A DNA stretch of 64,000 nucleotides from Dehalococcoidia bacterium (GTDB taxonomy: Bacteria; Chloroflexota; Dehalococcoidia; GIF9; AB-539-J10): assembly GCA_049678605.1 (NCBI GenBank), contig JBAUEM010000113.1, forward strand, positions 9,822-73,821. The letters run 5' to 3'. Made by a program: the position numbers and the translations under genes. Within the stretch, counting starts at the first letter, position 1. Every line of letters starts with the position of its first letter. The notes under the pieces are model-generated. The model did no database searches and was not told the DNA's origin. It saw only the letters and a program-made list of their open reading frames with translations. Below are positions 19,902 to 30,027 of this stretch, piece after piece.

Positions 19902-19992
19902 TTTTCTTTACTTGATAAAGGTTGCCACAAACTATACCCACATGGAGGTCTGAAGTCAAGAAAGTGGATAAAATTACAGCTATTAAGTATAA

Positions 19993-20694
19993 TTGCAGGT
20001 CGTGCCTGTTCTTTATGTTATTGCCACCCCTGTTGGCAATCTGGAAGATATTTCCCTGCGTGCTTTACGCCTTTTACAGGAGGTGAAACTTATTGCTGCT
20101 GAGGATACCCGCACTACGCGCCACTTGCTTAACGCCCATAATATAAAAACTCCATTGACTAGTTATCATGAGCATAGTAAAAGAGCTAAACTTGATTATT
20201 TATTGAATTATCTCGAGAAAGAAGATCTGGCTCTAGTTTCGGAAGCTGGCACGCCAGGGCTAAGTGATCCTGGTTACGAGCTTATTGTTGCTGCCATTGA
20301 GCGCAGGATTTCTGTGGTACCGATTCCTGGTGCTTCAGCAGTGATTACCGCTTTAGTGGTTTCCGGGTTGCCGACCGACCAATTCCTTTACCTTGGGTTT
20401 TTGCCCCGACGTAAAGGGCAAAGGCAGCGTCTCCTCAGCTCAATAGTCGATGAACCAAGAACTATAGTGGCTTTCGAGACACCCCATCGCCTTAGGGAGG
20501 CATTGAGTGATATTGAAGAAATTCTAGGAAATAGAAGACTATCTGTATGCCGTGAGCTTACCAAAGTCCACGAAGAGATTTTCCGGGGCAGAGTGAGTCA
20601 GGCTAGGGAGCATTTCGTCGAACCAAGAGGGGAATTTAGTCTCGTTATTGAAGGTAAGACTCGAGCTTGGTTGAAATTTCAAGAAAGGAGCTAA
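19993..20694 (+). CDS. rsmI: 16S rRNA (cytidine1402-2'-O)-methyltransferase
   Basis: LYVIATPVGNLEDISLRALRLL, AEDTR, EAGTPGLSDPG motifs of RsmI. Start codon uncertain (TTG 19993 or GTG 20002). Confidence 0.85.
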   Translation: MQVVPVLYVIATPVGNLEDISLRALRLLQEVKLIAAEDTRTTRHLLNAHNIKTPLTSYHEHSKRAKLDYLLNYLEKEDLALVSEAGTPGLSDPGYELIVAAIERRISVVPIPGASAVITALVVSGLPTDQFLYLGFLPRRKGQRQRLLSSIVDEPRTIVAFETPHRLREALSDIEEILGNRRLSVCRELTKVHEEIFRGRVSQAREHFVEPRGEFSLVIEGKTRAWLKFQERS

Positions 20695-20695
20695 A

Positions 20696-20899
20696 ATGCG
20701 CCGTGGTTGTATTGCTACAGAAAAGGTGGAATGTGATGGTTGTCATTGTCCTATTAAATATGGAGAGCGCTATCTCATAATCAACGGGGAAGGAGATGAA
20801 AAGCAACGTCTTTGTATTGATTGCTGCCTGAGCCGTGGTTATATCTCACACAGAACGGAGAAAGGAAAGCAAATAATCACCTTTCTCCCCGAGAAATAA
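20696..20899 (+). CDS. Small Cys-rich hypothetical protein
   Basis: 67 aa with CDGCHC ... CIDCC. ATG overlaps the rsmI stop region. Confidence 0.4.
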   Translation: MRRGCIATEKVECDGCHCPIKYGERYLIINGEGDEKQRLCIDCCLSRGYISHRTEKGKQIITFLPEK

Positions 20900-20990
20900 A
20901 CGTTGGCAATCGTCATTTGAGAGCCTCGGCTCATGGCAATGACACGGGGCAATTAATGATTTACAATAGGCTGACCTTTGGGGAAAGAAT

Positions 20991-22673
20991 TTGAGCGAGC
21001 GCATTTTTATCGGTGCTGCCTGGCCTTATGCCAATGGTCCTCTACATTTAGGACATATCGCTGGTGCTTATCTGCCAGCCGATATTTTCGCCCGTTATCA
21101 TCGTCTTAAGGGCAATAAAGTGCTGATGGTTTCCGGTAGCGATCAGCACGGAGCGCCGATTACAATTCGTGCTGACCAAGAATCTACCACGCCACAAGAA
21201 GTAGTGGACAAATATCATCAGCAATTTGTCGATTGTTGGGAAAAATTAGGCATCTCTTTCGACTTATTTACCACTACCGGCACTCCCAATCATACTCAAG
21301 TTACTCATGATATATTCCTCACTTTGCTCAATAGTGGCTATATTTACAAAGACAAGATGCTTCAAGCTTATTGCCCTAAGTGCCAGAGGTTCCTTCCCGA
21401 CCGCTATCTGGAAGGTACTTGTCTTCACTGTGGCTTCACTAAAGCAAGAGGTGATGAATGTGATGAGTGTGGTAAGCCTTTGAATCCATGGGAGCTTAAG
21501 GGTCTTCGCTGTTACCTTTGTTCTACTCCGCCTCGCTTTGAATCTTCAGAGCATTTCTTTTTGCGCCTTTCTTCTTTTCAGGATAAGTTGACTGCCTGGA
21601 TAAAAGAGCAGACTCATTGGCGGCGTAATGCGCTTGGCACCACGTGGAAATTTCTGGATGAAGGATTAAAGGACAGGGCTATTACTCGTGATTTGGATTG
21701 GGGAGTAATTGTGCCGCAATCAGGCTTCGAGCGTAAACGTATTTATGTATGGTTTGAGGCAGTCATCGGTTATTTATCGGCAAGCAAGGAATGGGCAAAA
21801 TTGCAGGGAGATGATACCGCCTGGCAAGCTTTCTGGCAAGACGATGCTAAGAGTTTTTATTTCATTGGCAAGGATAATATCTTTTTCCATACCCTTGTTT
21901 GGCCGGCGATGTTGATGGGTTATGGTAGTCTGAATCTTCCTTATGATGTTCCAGCTAATGAATTCTTGACTATCGAAGGCAAGAAGCTTTCTACTAGCCG
22001 TGGTTGGGCAATCTGGCTGCATGATTACCTGGAACGGTATGAGCCAGATTCTTTGAGGTATACTTTGGCAGTGAATATGCCTGATAGCGGGGACAGCGAT
22101 TTTTCCTGGCGTGAATTCCTTCGTCGTAATAATAATGAGTTGGTAGCCACCTATGGTAATTTAGCTCATCGTGTTCTCACCTTTGCTTATCGCAATTTCG
22201 ATGGAGCTGTGCCTGCGCCGGGTGAACTGGATGAACGCAGCCAGGGCTTGCTTCATGAGGCTGAAGTTACCTTAGACGGTGTGGATAAGTTGCTTTATCG
22301 CTGTGAGTTTAAAGGGGCGGTCAAAGAGGCTATGTCCCTAGCCCAGGAAGCTAATCGTTATCTTGACGAACAAGCTCCGTGGAAGGCAATTAAAACGGAG
22401 CGAGAGACTTCGGCTAAATCCGTCTATACAGTCCTCTCTGTGCTGGCAGCATTGAAAACTATTTTCTATCCCTTCCTCCCCTTCAGCTCCGAAAAGCTTC
22501 ATTCCTCCCTTGGATTTGATGGCTGTGTGGAGGAACTAGGTTGGAAAATTCAGTTTTTACCTCCGGGGCAGAAACTCCGTCAACCCCAACCGCTATTTGT
22601 CAAGCTGGATGAAGATATTGTCGCCAAAGAAAGTAGCCGGCTCGGCTCCCTGAAAGAAAATCAAAAAAATTGA
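20991..22673 (+). CDS. metG: Methionine--tRNA ligase
   Basis: PYANGPLHLGH (HIGH), Zn knuckles CPKC/CLHC/CDEC/CYLC, KLSTSRG (KMSKS). Ends with TGA. Confidence 0.9.
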   Translation: MSERIFIGAAWPYANGPLHLGHIAGAYLPADIFARYHRLKGNKVLMVSGSDQHGAPITIRADQESTTPQEVVDKYHQQFVDCWEKLGISFDLFTTTGTPNHTQVTHDIFLTLLNSGYIYKDKMLQAYCPKCQRFLPDRYLEGTCLHCGFTKARGDECDECGKPLNPWELKGLRCYLCSTPPRFESSEHFFLRLSSFQDKLTAWIKEQTHWRRNALGTTWKFLDEGLKDRAITRDLDWGVIVPQSGFERKRIYVWFEAVIGYLSASKEWAKLQGDDTAWQAFWQDDAKSFYFIGKDNIFFHTLVWPAMLMGYGSLNLPYDVPANEFLTIEGKKLSTSRGWAIWLHDYLERYEPDSLRYTLAVNMPDSGDSDFSWREFLRRNNNELVATYGNLAHRVLTFAYRNFDGAVPAPGELDERSQGLLHEAEVTLDGVDKLLYRCEFKGAVKEAMSLAQEANRYLDEQAPWKAIKTERETSAKSVYTVLSVLAALKTIFYPFLPFSSEKLHSSLGFDGCVEELGWKIQFLPPGQKLRQPQPLFVKLDEDIVAKESSRLGSLKENQKN

Positions 22674-22700
22674 ATCTTGACTTGACCTTTGCTTTTTGAT

Positions 22701-24785
22701 TTAGCCGGGGGTTGCTTGTGGTGCTAAGCCTTCAAATATTTTGTCGAGATCAGGTTCATCCAGAGTTTCACGAGCTATAAGCTCTTCAGCTAGCAGTTTT
22801 AGTTTTCCTTTATTCTTTGTCAGAATTTTCTTGGCGGTATCGTAGGCCCGCTGGATAAGATTATGCACTTCTTCATCGATTTCTTGGGCTGTCTTATCGC
22901 TGTAATCCTTCTGTTCGCTGATCTCACGACCGAGAAAGACGAGTTCCTGCCTTTGACCAAAGGTCCGCGGGCCCAATTTCTCACTCATGCCATACTCGGT
23001 GACCATTTTTCTAGCTAGCTTAGTTGCTTGCTCCAAGTCGTTTTGGGCGCCGGTAGTCATTTCCCCGAAGTTAATTTCCTCGGCAACACGTCCGCCCAAA
23101 CTCACTGCCAATCTATCATCAAACTGAGACTTACTCCATAAATGGCGGTCTTCGGATGGCAGGAACCGTGTCCAGCCCCCCAGCATCCCTCGGGCAACAA
23201 TAGAAATTTTATGCACAGGGTCAGCATTAGGCAACATCCTGGCAGTCAGGGCATGGCCACTTTCGTGGTAAGCAATTATTTCCTTTTCTTTGGGACTTAT
23301 TACACGGCTTTTCTTTTCCGGTCCAGCTATAGTGCGGTCGGCAGCATCCTCCAGCTCCTTTAATGTGACATCTTTACGGTTGCGCCGCGCAGCTAGGATG
23401 GTTGCCTCATTAATCAGGTTAGCTAAGTCAGCTCCACTAAATCCCGGCGTTTCCTTAGCTACCGTTTCGAGGTCAACTTCTTTGGCCAGCGGCTTGCTCT
23501 TGGCATGTACCTCTAGAATAGCCTTGCGGCCTTTCATATCGGGTAGATCGATGACGATGTGGCGGTCAAAACGACCGGGGCGGAGGAGGGCTGGGTCGAG
23601 GATGTCGGGGCGATTGGTGGCGGCTATGACAATGATGGTGGCATTGGTATCGAAGCCATCCATCTCAGCCAGAATTTGATTCAAGGTCTGCTCCCTTTCG
23701 TCGTGCCCTCCACCTAAGCCAGCACCACGGTGTCGACCTACAGCATCGATTTCATCAATAAATATAAGGCATGGTGCATTACGCTTGGCTTGCTCAAACA
23801 GGTCTCTGACCCTCGCGGCACCCACGCCCACAAACATCTCCACAAATTCGCTGCCACTAATAGAGAAAAAGGGCACCCTGGCCTCTCCAGCTATAGCTTT
23901 AGCCAGTAAAGTCTTACCTGTTCCTGGTGGCCCTACTAGGAGCACTCCTCGGGGTATGCGTCCCCCCAGTGCCTGGAATTTCTGGGGAGACTTGAGGAAT
24001 TCCACTACTTCCTGAACCTCTTCTTTTGCCTCATCTGTTCCAGCGACATCGGCGAAAGTTACATCGGGCCTCTTGTCGATACTTAATCGGGCACGGCTTT
24101 TGCCGAAATTGAAGGCTTGTGTGCCAGCGCCACGGGCGGCACGGAAGAATAAGAAGTAAAATAATGCCCCAAGCAGCACAATGGGTAGAATGACTGTTAG
24201 TGCTATCGTTCCCCAATCAAGGCCACTGGGTTCAACGAGGAACGTTATTCCTTCTCCTTCTACTCCCAGGACTACCCCTTCATCTTTGAGAAAATTGACC
24301 AGCTCATAGGTAGTACCGTCAAAATGCGTTGTAATTGTGACTTGACCATCTTCCAAGCCCTCGACCGTATCGCCACTTTGCCTAATGGTGTCAATTTCCC
24401 TAGCTTTGAGCATGAATCCCGCTTGATTTACCTCATGCTCATTATCAAGCTTACCTTCGGCCTCCAGTGCAGCACCGTCGAAGCTAGGCTCGAGCTTCAC
24501 TGCATTGACATTTATGCCTTCTTCTTTAAAAAGTGTACTCAGGTCATCGGTAGTCTCTGTGTACGGAGTCCAACATATAACGTCTGTATTTTTCAAGCCA
24601 ATGAGCTTCTGCCCCTGTTGCCAGTATCCAATCGTACTGAGTTGTTCTGGTTTGGCTATTTCGGTAAACTCAGGCAGGGTTACTTCGTCAGGCCCCTCAC
24701 TGGGCATAAAGGCAAATACCAGAGCTAATACCACTGCTAAAATCAGCAGGTAAAAAAACCCGCTACGCCACCATTTTGCTTGCAT
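22701..24785 (-). CDS. ftsH: ATP-dependent zinc metalloprotease FtsH with an enlarged extracytoplasmic domain
   Basis: GPPGTGKT Walker [10 protein letters not shown] Walker B, HESGHAL zinc site. Two TM helices separated by about 160 aa. Confidence 0.95.
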   Translation of the reverse strand: MQAKWWRSGFFYLLILAVVLALVFAFMPSEGPDEVTLPEFTEIAKPEQLSTIGYWQQGQKLIGLKNTDVICWTPYTETTDDLSTLFKEEGINVNAVKLEPSFDGAALEAEGKLDNEHEVNQAGFMLKAREIDTIRQSGDTVEGLEDGQVTITTHFDGTTYELVNFLKDEGVVLGVEGEGITFLVEPSGLDWGTIALTVILPIVLLGALFYFLFFRAARGAGTQAFNFGKSRARLSIDKRPDVTFADVAGTDEAKEEVQEVVEFLKSPQKFQALGGRIPRGVLLVGPPGTGKTLLAKAIAGEARVPFFSISGSEFVEMFVGVGAARVRDLFEQAKRNAPCLIFIDEIDAVGRHRGAGLGGGHDEREQTLNQILAEMDGFDTNATIIVIAATNRPDILDPALLRPGRFDRHIVIDLPDMKGRKAILEVHAKSKPLAKEVDLETVAKETPGFSGADLANLINEATILAARRNRKDVTLKELEDAADRTIAGPEKKSRVISPKEKEIIAYHESGHALTARMLPNADPVHKISIVARGMLGGWTRFLPSEDRHLWSKSQFDDRLAVSLGGRVAEEINFGEMTTGAQNDLEQATKLARKMVTEYGMSEKLGPRTFGQRQELVFLGREISEQKDYSDKTAQEIDEEVHNLIQRAYDTAKKILTKNKGKLKLLAEELIARETLDEPDLDKIFEGLAPQATPG

Positions 24786-24909
24786 GTCTTTATCCTCGTT
24801 TCAATTATAGCAGATATATCACAAACCGAAAAATTTCACTCGCAAATTTGCAAGTGGAGTAGTCTTGCAGTAGAGTTCTGATGCAGGGTACATTATTTTC
24901 AAAATATAC

Positions 24910-25320
24910 ATGGCAAGATGGTCTTGGTCAAATGTTGCCACAAGTGATATAATATGGAAGGAGGTTAGTGCCTTTCTGGAAGCGGAGGAAATAGCGCGCT
25001 TGGCTACCGAACTTGCTTCTGAGAAGCAAGCAAGGGATATCGCTATGCTGGACGTTAGAGCCCTGTGCTCTTTCGCGGATTACTTTGTTATTTGCACTGG
25101 AGATACCAAGCGGCATATTGAAGCTATCTGGCAGGGTATTGGTGGAGTGTTGAAAACTAAAGGCGTCGTAACTCATCATAATGAAGGGACTCCTGACTCA
25201 GGTTGGATGCTTGCTGATTTTGGTTCGGTTATCGTTCATATATTTGCCCCGTTAGAGCGGGATTATTATCAACTGGATAAATTATGGGACAAGGTGACCC
25301 CCGTGGTTAGAATTCAATAG
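24910..25320 (+). CDS. rsfS: Ribosome silencing factor RsfS
   Basis: DIAMLDVRALCSFADYFVICTG...WMLADFGSVIVHIF...YYQLDKLW is the RsfS signature. True start may be the in-frame TTG at 25000, preceded by ggagg. Confidence 0.8.
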   Translation: MARWSWSNVATSDIIWKEVSAFLEAEEIARLATELASEKQARDIAMLDVRALCSFADYFVICTGDTKRHIEAIWQGIGGVLKTKGVVTHHNEGTPDSGWMLADFGSVIVHIFAPLERDYYQLDKLWDKVTPVVRIQ

Positions 25321-25760
25321 ATCCACGTATCTAGCTCCCGGTCATAGTTGAAAATTTCCTCTGCTGAGAAGAATAAGTCTATTTCCTTCGGGGCATTTTC
25401 CAGTGAATCAGAGCCATGTACTAAGTTATGTCCAATATCACTGCCAAAATCGCCTCTGATAGTGCCCCTGTGGGCTTTGGCAGGGTCAGTTTCTCCCATC
25501 ATTTGTCGTATTATTTCCACGGCATTTTTACCCTGGAAGACGATGGCGATGACGGGGCTAGAAGTAATGAAATTTACCAAATCGCCAAAGAAAGCTTTCC
25601 CTTTATGAATGGCATAGTGGCGTTGGGCCAAATTTTTATCCATATGCAACATCTTCATAGCTACGATTTTAAGCCCCTTCTTTTCCAGGCGAGAAATGAT
25701 TTCCCCGGCCAATCCCCGTTGTACGGCATCAGGTTTGATAAGGACTAAACTTTTCTCCAT
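25314..25760 (-). CDS. ndk: Nucleoside-diphosphate kinase
   Basis: LVLIKPDAVQR, TIRGDFG, NLVHGSD (catalytic His) motifs. Confidence 0.95.
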   Translation of the reverse strand: MEKSLVLIKPDAVQRGLAGEIISRLEKKGLKIVAMKMLHMDKNLAQRHYAIHKGKAFFGDLVNFITSSPVIAIVFQGKNAVEIIRQMMGETDPAKAHRGTIRGDFGSDIGHNLVHGSDSLENAPKEIDLFFSAEEIFNYDRELDTWIY

Positions 25761-25796
25761 GATTTAAATCTCCTTCCTCCTTATTCTGGCTCCTTT

Positions 25797-26858
25797 CTAA
25801 ACCCTCGTGAGCAGGGTGATCAAATCCACGTTTTCTAAGGAGTCAGCTACTTTGTCAGCCTCCTCGAGCTTTTGTCGGGGGTGCGTATTGGCTATGGCCA
25901 GGCATTTCATCCCCGCAGTTTTGGCTGCTTTGACCCCCAAGGGAGAATCTTCAATTACCACACAATCGTTAGGTGTCACTTCCAGTTTCTTGGCGGCTAA
26001 AAGATATATCTGAGGACTGGGTTTGCTTTCGGACACTTCTTGACCAAAAACAATACAATCAAAAATTCCTTCCAAATTAAGCTCACTAAGGACCAAGTCG
26101 ATGTTTTCCTTTGGCGCTGAAGAAACCAAGCCTAGTTTGAAATTCCCCTTCTTTATGGCATTCAGCAGCCTTACTGCCCCGGGAAATGGCTTGATGCTTC
26201 CTATTGCCTTCCGTCGAAAATTTTCTTCTTTCTCCTGTACCATGACTTTGACATCTCCTTCAGGGAGTTCCCTGCCCATAATGCTGCCGATTATGAAGTC
26301 ATTTCTGGTGCCAAAGAGCTTGGTAAAATCTTCTTTGGTGAATTTTATCCCCCTTTTAGCAAATGTCTCTTGTCAGGCAGCAAAGTGGAAGGAATAGGAA
26401 TCGGCAATAACTCCGTCCATGTCCCAGAGGATTGTCTTTTTTGACTGTCTCCAGATGTAGAATAAGAAATCGCCATCGACTATGACTGTATTATCCTTGA
26501 GAGTAAGCACTCCTTTAGTTTCCACTAGCCGTTTTGTCAGTTTAGTGACCCAGGCAGAGGCTTGGATTGGCTCATTAATGGGTGCTACCTGTTTAAATCT
26601 TATCTCGCTCTTGGCAGTAACGCCAAATTCAATCCCATGGCAAAGCATGGCGTAAGCAGTTACTTCATCGAGGAGGGTGTAGAGAATACCGCCGTGGACC
26701 ACATCATTCCAGCCTTGATGAAACTTCCCGGCGGTGAACTCTGCGGTGACTTTTTCTCCATCGTGAACAGGTTTCAACTTTAGCCCTATAGGGTTCTCCT
26801 GGCTACAGGCAAAACAAAGCCTCGCTGTGTACTCAACATCTAATCTGGGAATTTCCAT
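25797..26858 (-). pseudogene. PaaI-type hotdog thioesterase fused in-frame to a beta-phosphoglucomutase-like HAD hydrolase, interrupted by one in-frame TGA (26373-26375)
   Basis: ORFs 26373..26858 and 25797..26279 are in the same frame. The hotdog part has HGGILYTLLDE. HAD motif I (WDMDGVIADS) precedes the stop. The sequence across the stop reads FHFAA-TGA-QETFAKRGI, where HAD relatives have Trp. The HAD remainder has LGLVSSAP and VVIEDSPLGVKAAKTAGM. Confidence 0.55.
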
Positions 26859-27576
26859 TTCCTGGTCTCCCTTGCTCCACTCGGAGTGACAGAAGGGGTG
26901 TTTTATCCCTGGGCTTGGTTATATGAGGGGGGCGAAGGTATAATGGCTGTAGGGTGACAGGGTCATCTTGTTCTCCTCTGCTCAATCTTCGCCAACCTAA
27001 TATAGCCAAAGAGCTAGCTCGAGATGGGCTATTACTTTGGGAAATTATAGCTTGCTTGCCCAGGTTTTGCTGTATTTCGCTTATTATGTCAGGAGGGATT
27101 TCACCACAAAAAAGCGTTTTTTGCTTAATCCGACGGCACAAAGTTTTAACTGTGGCTAGATTTTCTGCCTCCAGACATTGCCATTCATTATCTTTTTGCC
27201 GGTAAAGGGCAGTGGCTATTTCCTCGCGACCAGCCTTTTGAATGGGGCGCAGGGGCAATCCAGTAAAGGCAAAGGGATAGGCTTCAGCTTCTAATGTGTT
27301 TACACCAAGCAAAGGAATATTTAAGGCAGAAGCTAGCCCTTTAGCAGTGCTTATGCCTACTCGGAGCCCATTAAATCTGCCTGGACCTTTAGCTACAATG
27401 ATTGCTTCTATAGAGCCTAGCTCCACCTTGGCTTGTTGTAACAAACAAACTAAATTCGGCAAAAGTTCTATTGTATGGTTTTGTGTTGTTTGCCAGGTTA
27501 GCGAAGCCAGTATCTCACCTTTATGAAATAAGGCAACGCTGACGATATTGGACGAAGTATCTATAGCTAATTCCAT
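26833..27576 (-). CDS. tsaB: tRNA t6A37 biosynthesis protein TsaB
   Basis: LAIDTSS start, GPGRFNGLRVG motif. Adjacent to tsaE. Confidence 0.85.
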   Translation of the reverse strand: MELAIDTSSNIVSVALFHKGEILASLTWQTTQNHTIELLPNLVCLLQQAKVELGSIEAIIVAKGPGRFNGLRVGISTAKGLASALNIPLLGVNTLEAEAYPFAFTGLPLRPIQKAGREEIATALYRQKDNEWQCLEAENLATVKTLCRRIKQKTLFCGEIPPDIISEIQQNLGKQAIISQSNSPSRASSLAILGWRRLSRGEQDDPVTLQPLYLRPPHITKPRDKTPLLSLRVEQGRPGNGNSQIRC

Positions 27577-27589
27577 AGCAGAAATCTAA

Positions 27590-27722
27590 TCTCTAAACTC
27601 CAGACAAATCCCTCTGAAATGAAAAGAGCAAAAGTTAAAAGGTTTAGCATTTTGAGTTGTCATTTTGATTTTTTACCTTTGATTTTTAAATTTCTGTATT
27701 GTTCGGCATTCCGTATTTAGCG
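27590..27722. repeat. Interspersed intergenic repeat (family with core gcattttgagttgtcattttgattttt...atattgtt)
   Basis: The same core recurs at about 47186-47240 and 52972-53040. Related copies lie at 46655-46715, 46985-47060 and 57270-57330. Confidence 0.7.
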
Positions 27723-28202
27723 TCAGAATTTCCCTCTCATTTTGAGTTGTTCTGTCAGTTCCTGGTAGCGCTCGCCTTGGGGTTTCAGGCAAATAGACCG
27801 TCCTGTCTCGGAGGCAGGAATATAGTGTATGGTGATAAGCAAATTATCCCGGGGTACTACCTGCAGCCCCTTCTCTGCCCATTCAACCACACAGACTCCA
27901 TCGCCGTAAAAATACTCCTCCAACCCCAGGTCAGCAATTTCTTCAATGCGATCCAAGCGATAGAAATCAATGTGGTATAAGGGAAGTCGGCCATGATACT
28001 CTCTAAGGATGACGAAAGAGGGACTGAAGGCATATTCTTTTACATCCAGCCCGCGAGCGAGGCCTTGGACAAGACAAGTTTTGCCCGTTCCCAACTCACC
28101 TGTGAGAAGGAAAATATCAGCTTTTTGAGCTAGCTCCCCCAGGTAGCTTCCCAAAAGCTGAGTTTGTTCAGGGCTATGCGAATTTAACTTCAGGGACTCC
28201 AT
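27723..28202 (-). CDS. tsaE: tRNA t6A37 ATPase TsaE
   Basis: LTGELGTGKT P-loop, SPSF, HIDFYRL motifs. Confidence 0.85.
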   Translation of the reverse strand: MESLKLNSHSPEQTQLLGSYLGELAQKADIFLLTGELGTGKTCLVQGLARGLDVKEYAFSPSFVILREYHGRLPLYHIDFYRLDRIEEIADLGLEEYFYGDGVCVVEWAEKGLQVVPRDNLLITIHYIPASETGRSICLKPQGERYQELTEQLKMRGKF

Positions 28203-29235
28203 TCTTAAAATGTTCCCAGCCCCCTTTTTTGTAAGGGACGATATTTCCCTTACTATCCATTACAGTCACTCGTGTTGGTAACTTTTCTTCTGTTATGTCA
28301 CCGATTACAGTCACCGGGCAGTTCAGGGCTTGCTTAGCCCGGGCAACAATAGCCTCATCAGCGGTAAAAAGAAGCTCATAATCCTCTCCACCATATAAAG
28401 CCAGCTCTTTATGGTTAGGGAAATTTGCTGTGACCACAGGATGCACTGGCACCTGTTCTATCTTTATCTTGGCGTTGACTTTGCTGGATTCACATATATG
28501 GGCAAGGTCAGCAACGAGCCCATCGCTTATATCTATAGCGGTTTTAACTCCTTGTTCGATTAAGATTTGCCCTTCTTTTACTCTTGGCATGGGCTTAAAG
28601 TGAGCTCGCCTCAGGATATTGCTTATTTCGGGATCTGAGATGGTTTTTCCCTTGAACATTTCTAGGCCGGCTGCCGATAATCCCAGGTATCCGGTGACAG
28701 CTATTTGCTCACCAGAAGAAGCTGTTGACCTCTTGAGTATCGCTTTGCCTTTGGAGCAGCCTATGATTGTTACAGTGATAACTACATTGGGAGCGGTAGC
28801 TACATTACCTCCAACTATAGCCACTCCAAATTCCCTGGCCAGATGCATCATGCTGTTAGTAAATTTGGAGATGTCTTCCACCTCCAGTTCGCCAGGCAGT
28901 GCCAGAGAAAGCAAAGCATACCTGGGAATACCGCCCATGGCAGCTATATCGCTTAGATTTACAGCCAGTGCTTTCCAGCCCAATTCCTCCCAGTTAATGA
29001 CGCCTAGGTCAAAGTGTATATCCTGGACTAGAGTATCTGTAGTAGCTAACTGGATGTGATTGTCACTTTGCCAAGCAGCAGCGTCATCACCAATGCCCAC
29101 TAAAACTTCTTGCCACGGAGTGCGTCCAGAATTTTCGTATCTAGCACTGCTGCTGCGTATGAGGTTAATTAAGCCAAATTCTCCTAACTCAGATACTTTC
29201 ATTGCTGGAATTATAACACTGGCTTTATTTAACAT
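28174..29235 (-). CDS. thiL: Thiamine-monophosphate kinase
   Basis: GEFGLI, GIGDDAA, TTDTLVQDIHF, AIR-synthase-like layout. Real start probably the internal MKVSELGEF (about 29202). Confidence 0.85.
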   Translation of the reverse strand: MLNKASVIIPAMKVSELGEFGLINLIRSSSARYENSGRTPWQEVLVGIGDDAAAWQSDNHIQLATTDTLVQDIHFDLGVINWEELGWKALAVNLSDIAAMGGIPRYALLSLALPGELEVEDISKFTNSMMHLAREFGVAIVGGNVATAPNVVITVTIIGCSKGKAILKRSTASSGEQIAVTGYLGLSAAGLEMFKGKTISDPEISNILRRAHFKPMPRVKEGQILIEQGVKTAIDISDGLVADLAHICESSKVNAKIKIEQVPVHPVVTANFPNHKELALYGGEDYELLFTADEAIVARAKQALNCPVTVIGDITEEKLPTRVTVMDSKGNIVPYKKGGWEHFKNGVPEVKFA

Positions 29236-29312
29236 TCTAGCTGGTATATATAATAGGTGGCTAAAACATAGGTCTTGTTGCCATTTTATTCCCTGTGGTA
29301 TAAAATCTAGAC

Positions 29313-29600
29313 ATGCGTGATTATGAGCTGGTGGCTGTAATTAGTCCCGAGGTTGATGAAGAGGGAGTGTCTAAAATTGTAGACAAGGTGACTCAGTCCA
29401 TTAATAGCCGTGGTGGGGCGGTGGAAGAGATAAAAAAATGGGGGAGAAGAAAGCTGGCTTACCCTATAAGGAAATTTATGGAGGCTGATTATGTCCTAGC
29501 TCGTTTTAAGTTAATGCCAAAATCGGTTAAGGAACTTGAAGGAGAAATTAGTGCTTCGGGGGACATTCTGCGATATCTTGTGGTAAAAGTAGAAGATTAA
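29313..29600 (+). CDS. rpsF: 30S ribosomal protein S6
   Basis: MRDYELVAVISP...WGRRKLAYPI signature. rpsF-ssb-rpsR order. Confidence 0.9.
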   Translation: MRDYELVAVISPEVDEEGVSKIVDKVTQSINSRGGAVEEIKKWGRRKLAYPIRKFMEADYVLARFKLMPKSVKELEGEISASGDILRYLVVKVED

Positions 29601-29601
29601 T

Positions 29602-30009
29602 ATGGCGAGCTTAAACAAAATAATGCTCATTGGCAACGTAGGTAGTGACCCTGAAATGCGCTATACCCCGAATGGCAAAGCGGTTACCTCTTTTAGCTTG
29701 GCTACTAGTCGCCGCTACACTACTTCTGCTGGAGAGACCAAGGAAGAAACAGACTGGTTTAGAATTAGCGTTTGGGGTAAGCAGGCGGAGGTTTGCAATC
29801 AATTTGTGACTAAAGGTAAGCAGGTTTATGTAGAGGGCAGGTTACATGCTCGCAACTGGGAAGGACAGGATGGGCAGGCGCGCACCAGTCTTGAGGTAAC
29901 TGCAAATCAGGTGCTTTTTCTTGGTAAGCCAGGAGCTGTAGCTCCCCTTCCTGAAGAGGGCGTTCCTGAGGAAGGTGAAATTAAGCCTGAAGATCTACCC
30001 TTTGACTAA
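29602..30009 (+). CDS. ssb: Single-stranded DNA-binding protein
   Basis: LNKIMLIGNVGSDPEMRYT OB-fold start and acidic C-terminal EDLPFD tip. Confidence 0.9.
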   Translation: MASLNKIMLIGNVGSDPEMRYTPNGKAVTSFSLATSRRYTTSAGETKEETDWFRISVWGKQAEVCNQFVTKGKQVYVEGRLHARNWEGQDGQARTSLEVTANQVLFLGKPGAVAPLPEEGVPEEGEIKPEDLPFD

Positions 30010-30027
30010 AATAAAGGAGAATAAAAT

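Noticed and set aside
20900-20990. T-box or other leader riboswitch upstream of metG, and likewise upstream of ileS
   Set aside because: The metG intergenic region is only about 90 nt and shows no specifier/terminator architecture. ileS starts 2 nt after jag.
26373-26375. In-frame TGA as evidence for a TGA=Trp/Gly genetic code, or as selenocysteine
   Set aside because: TGA is used as a genuine stop by metG (22671-22673), rpsR, recA and rnpA (ATGA overlap with yidD). Homologs have Trp, not Cys, at this site. The only nearby stem (ccaaaga...tctttgg) starts about 30 nt downstream and does not look like a bacterial SECIS.
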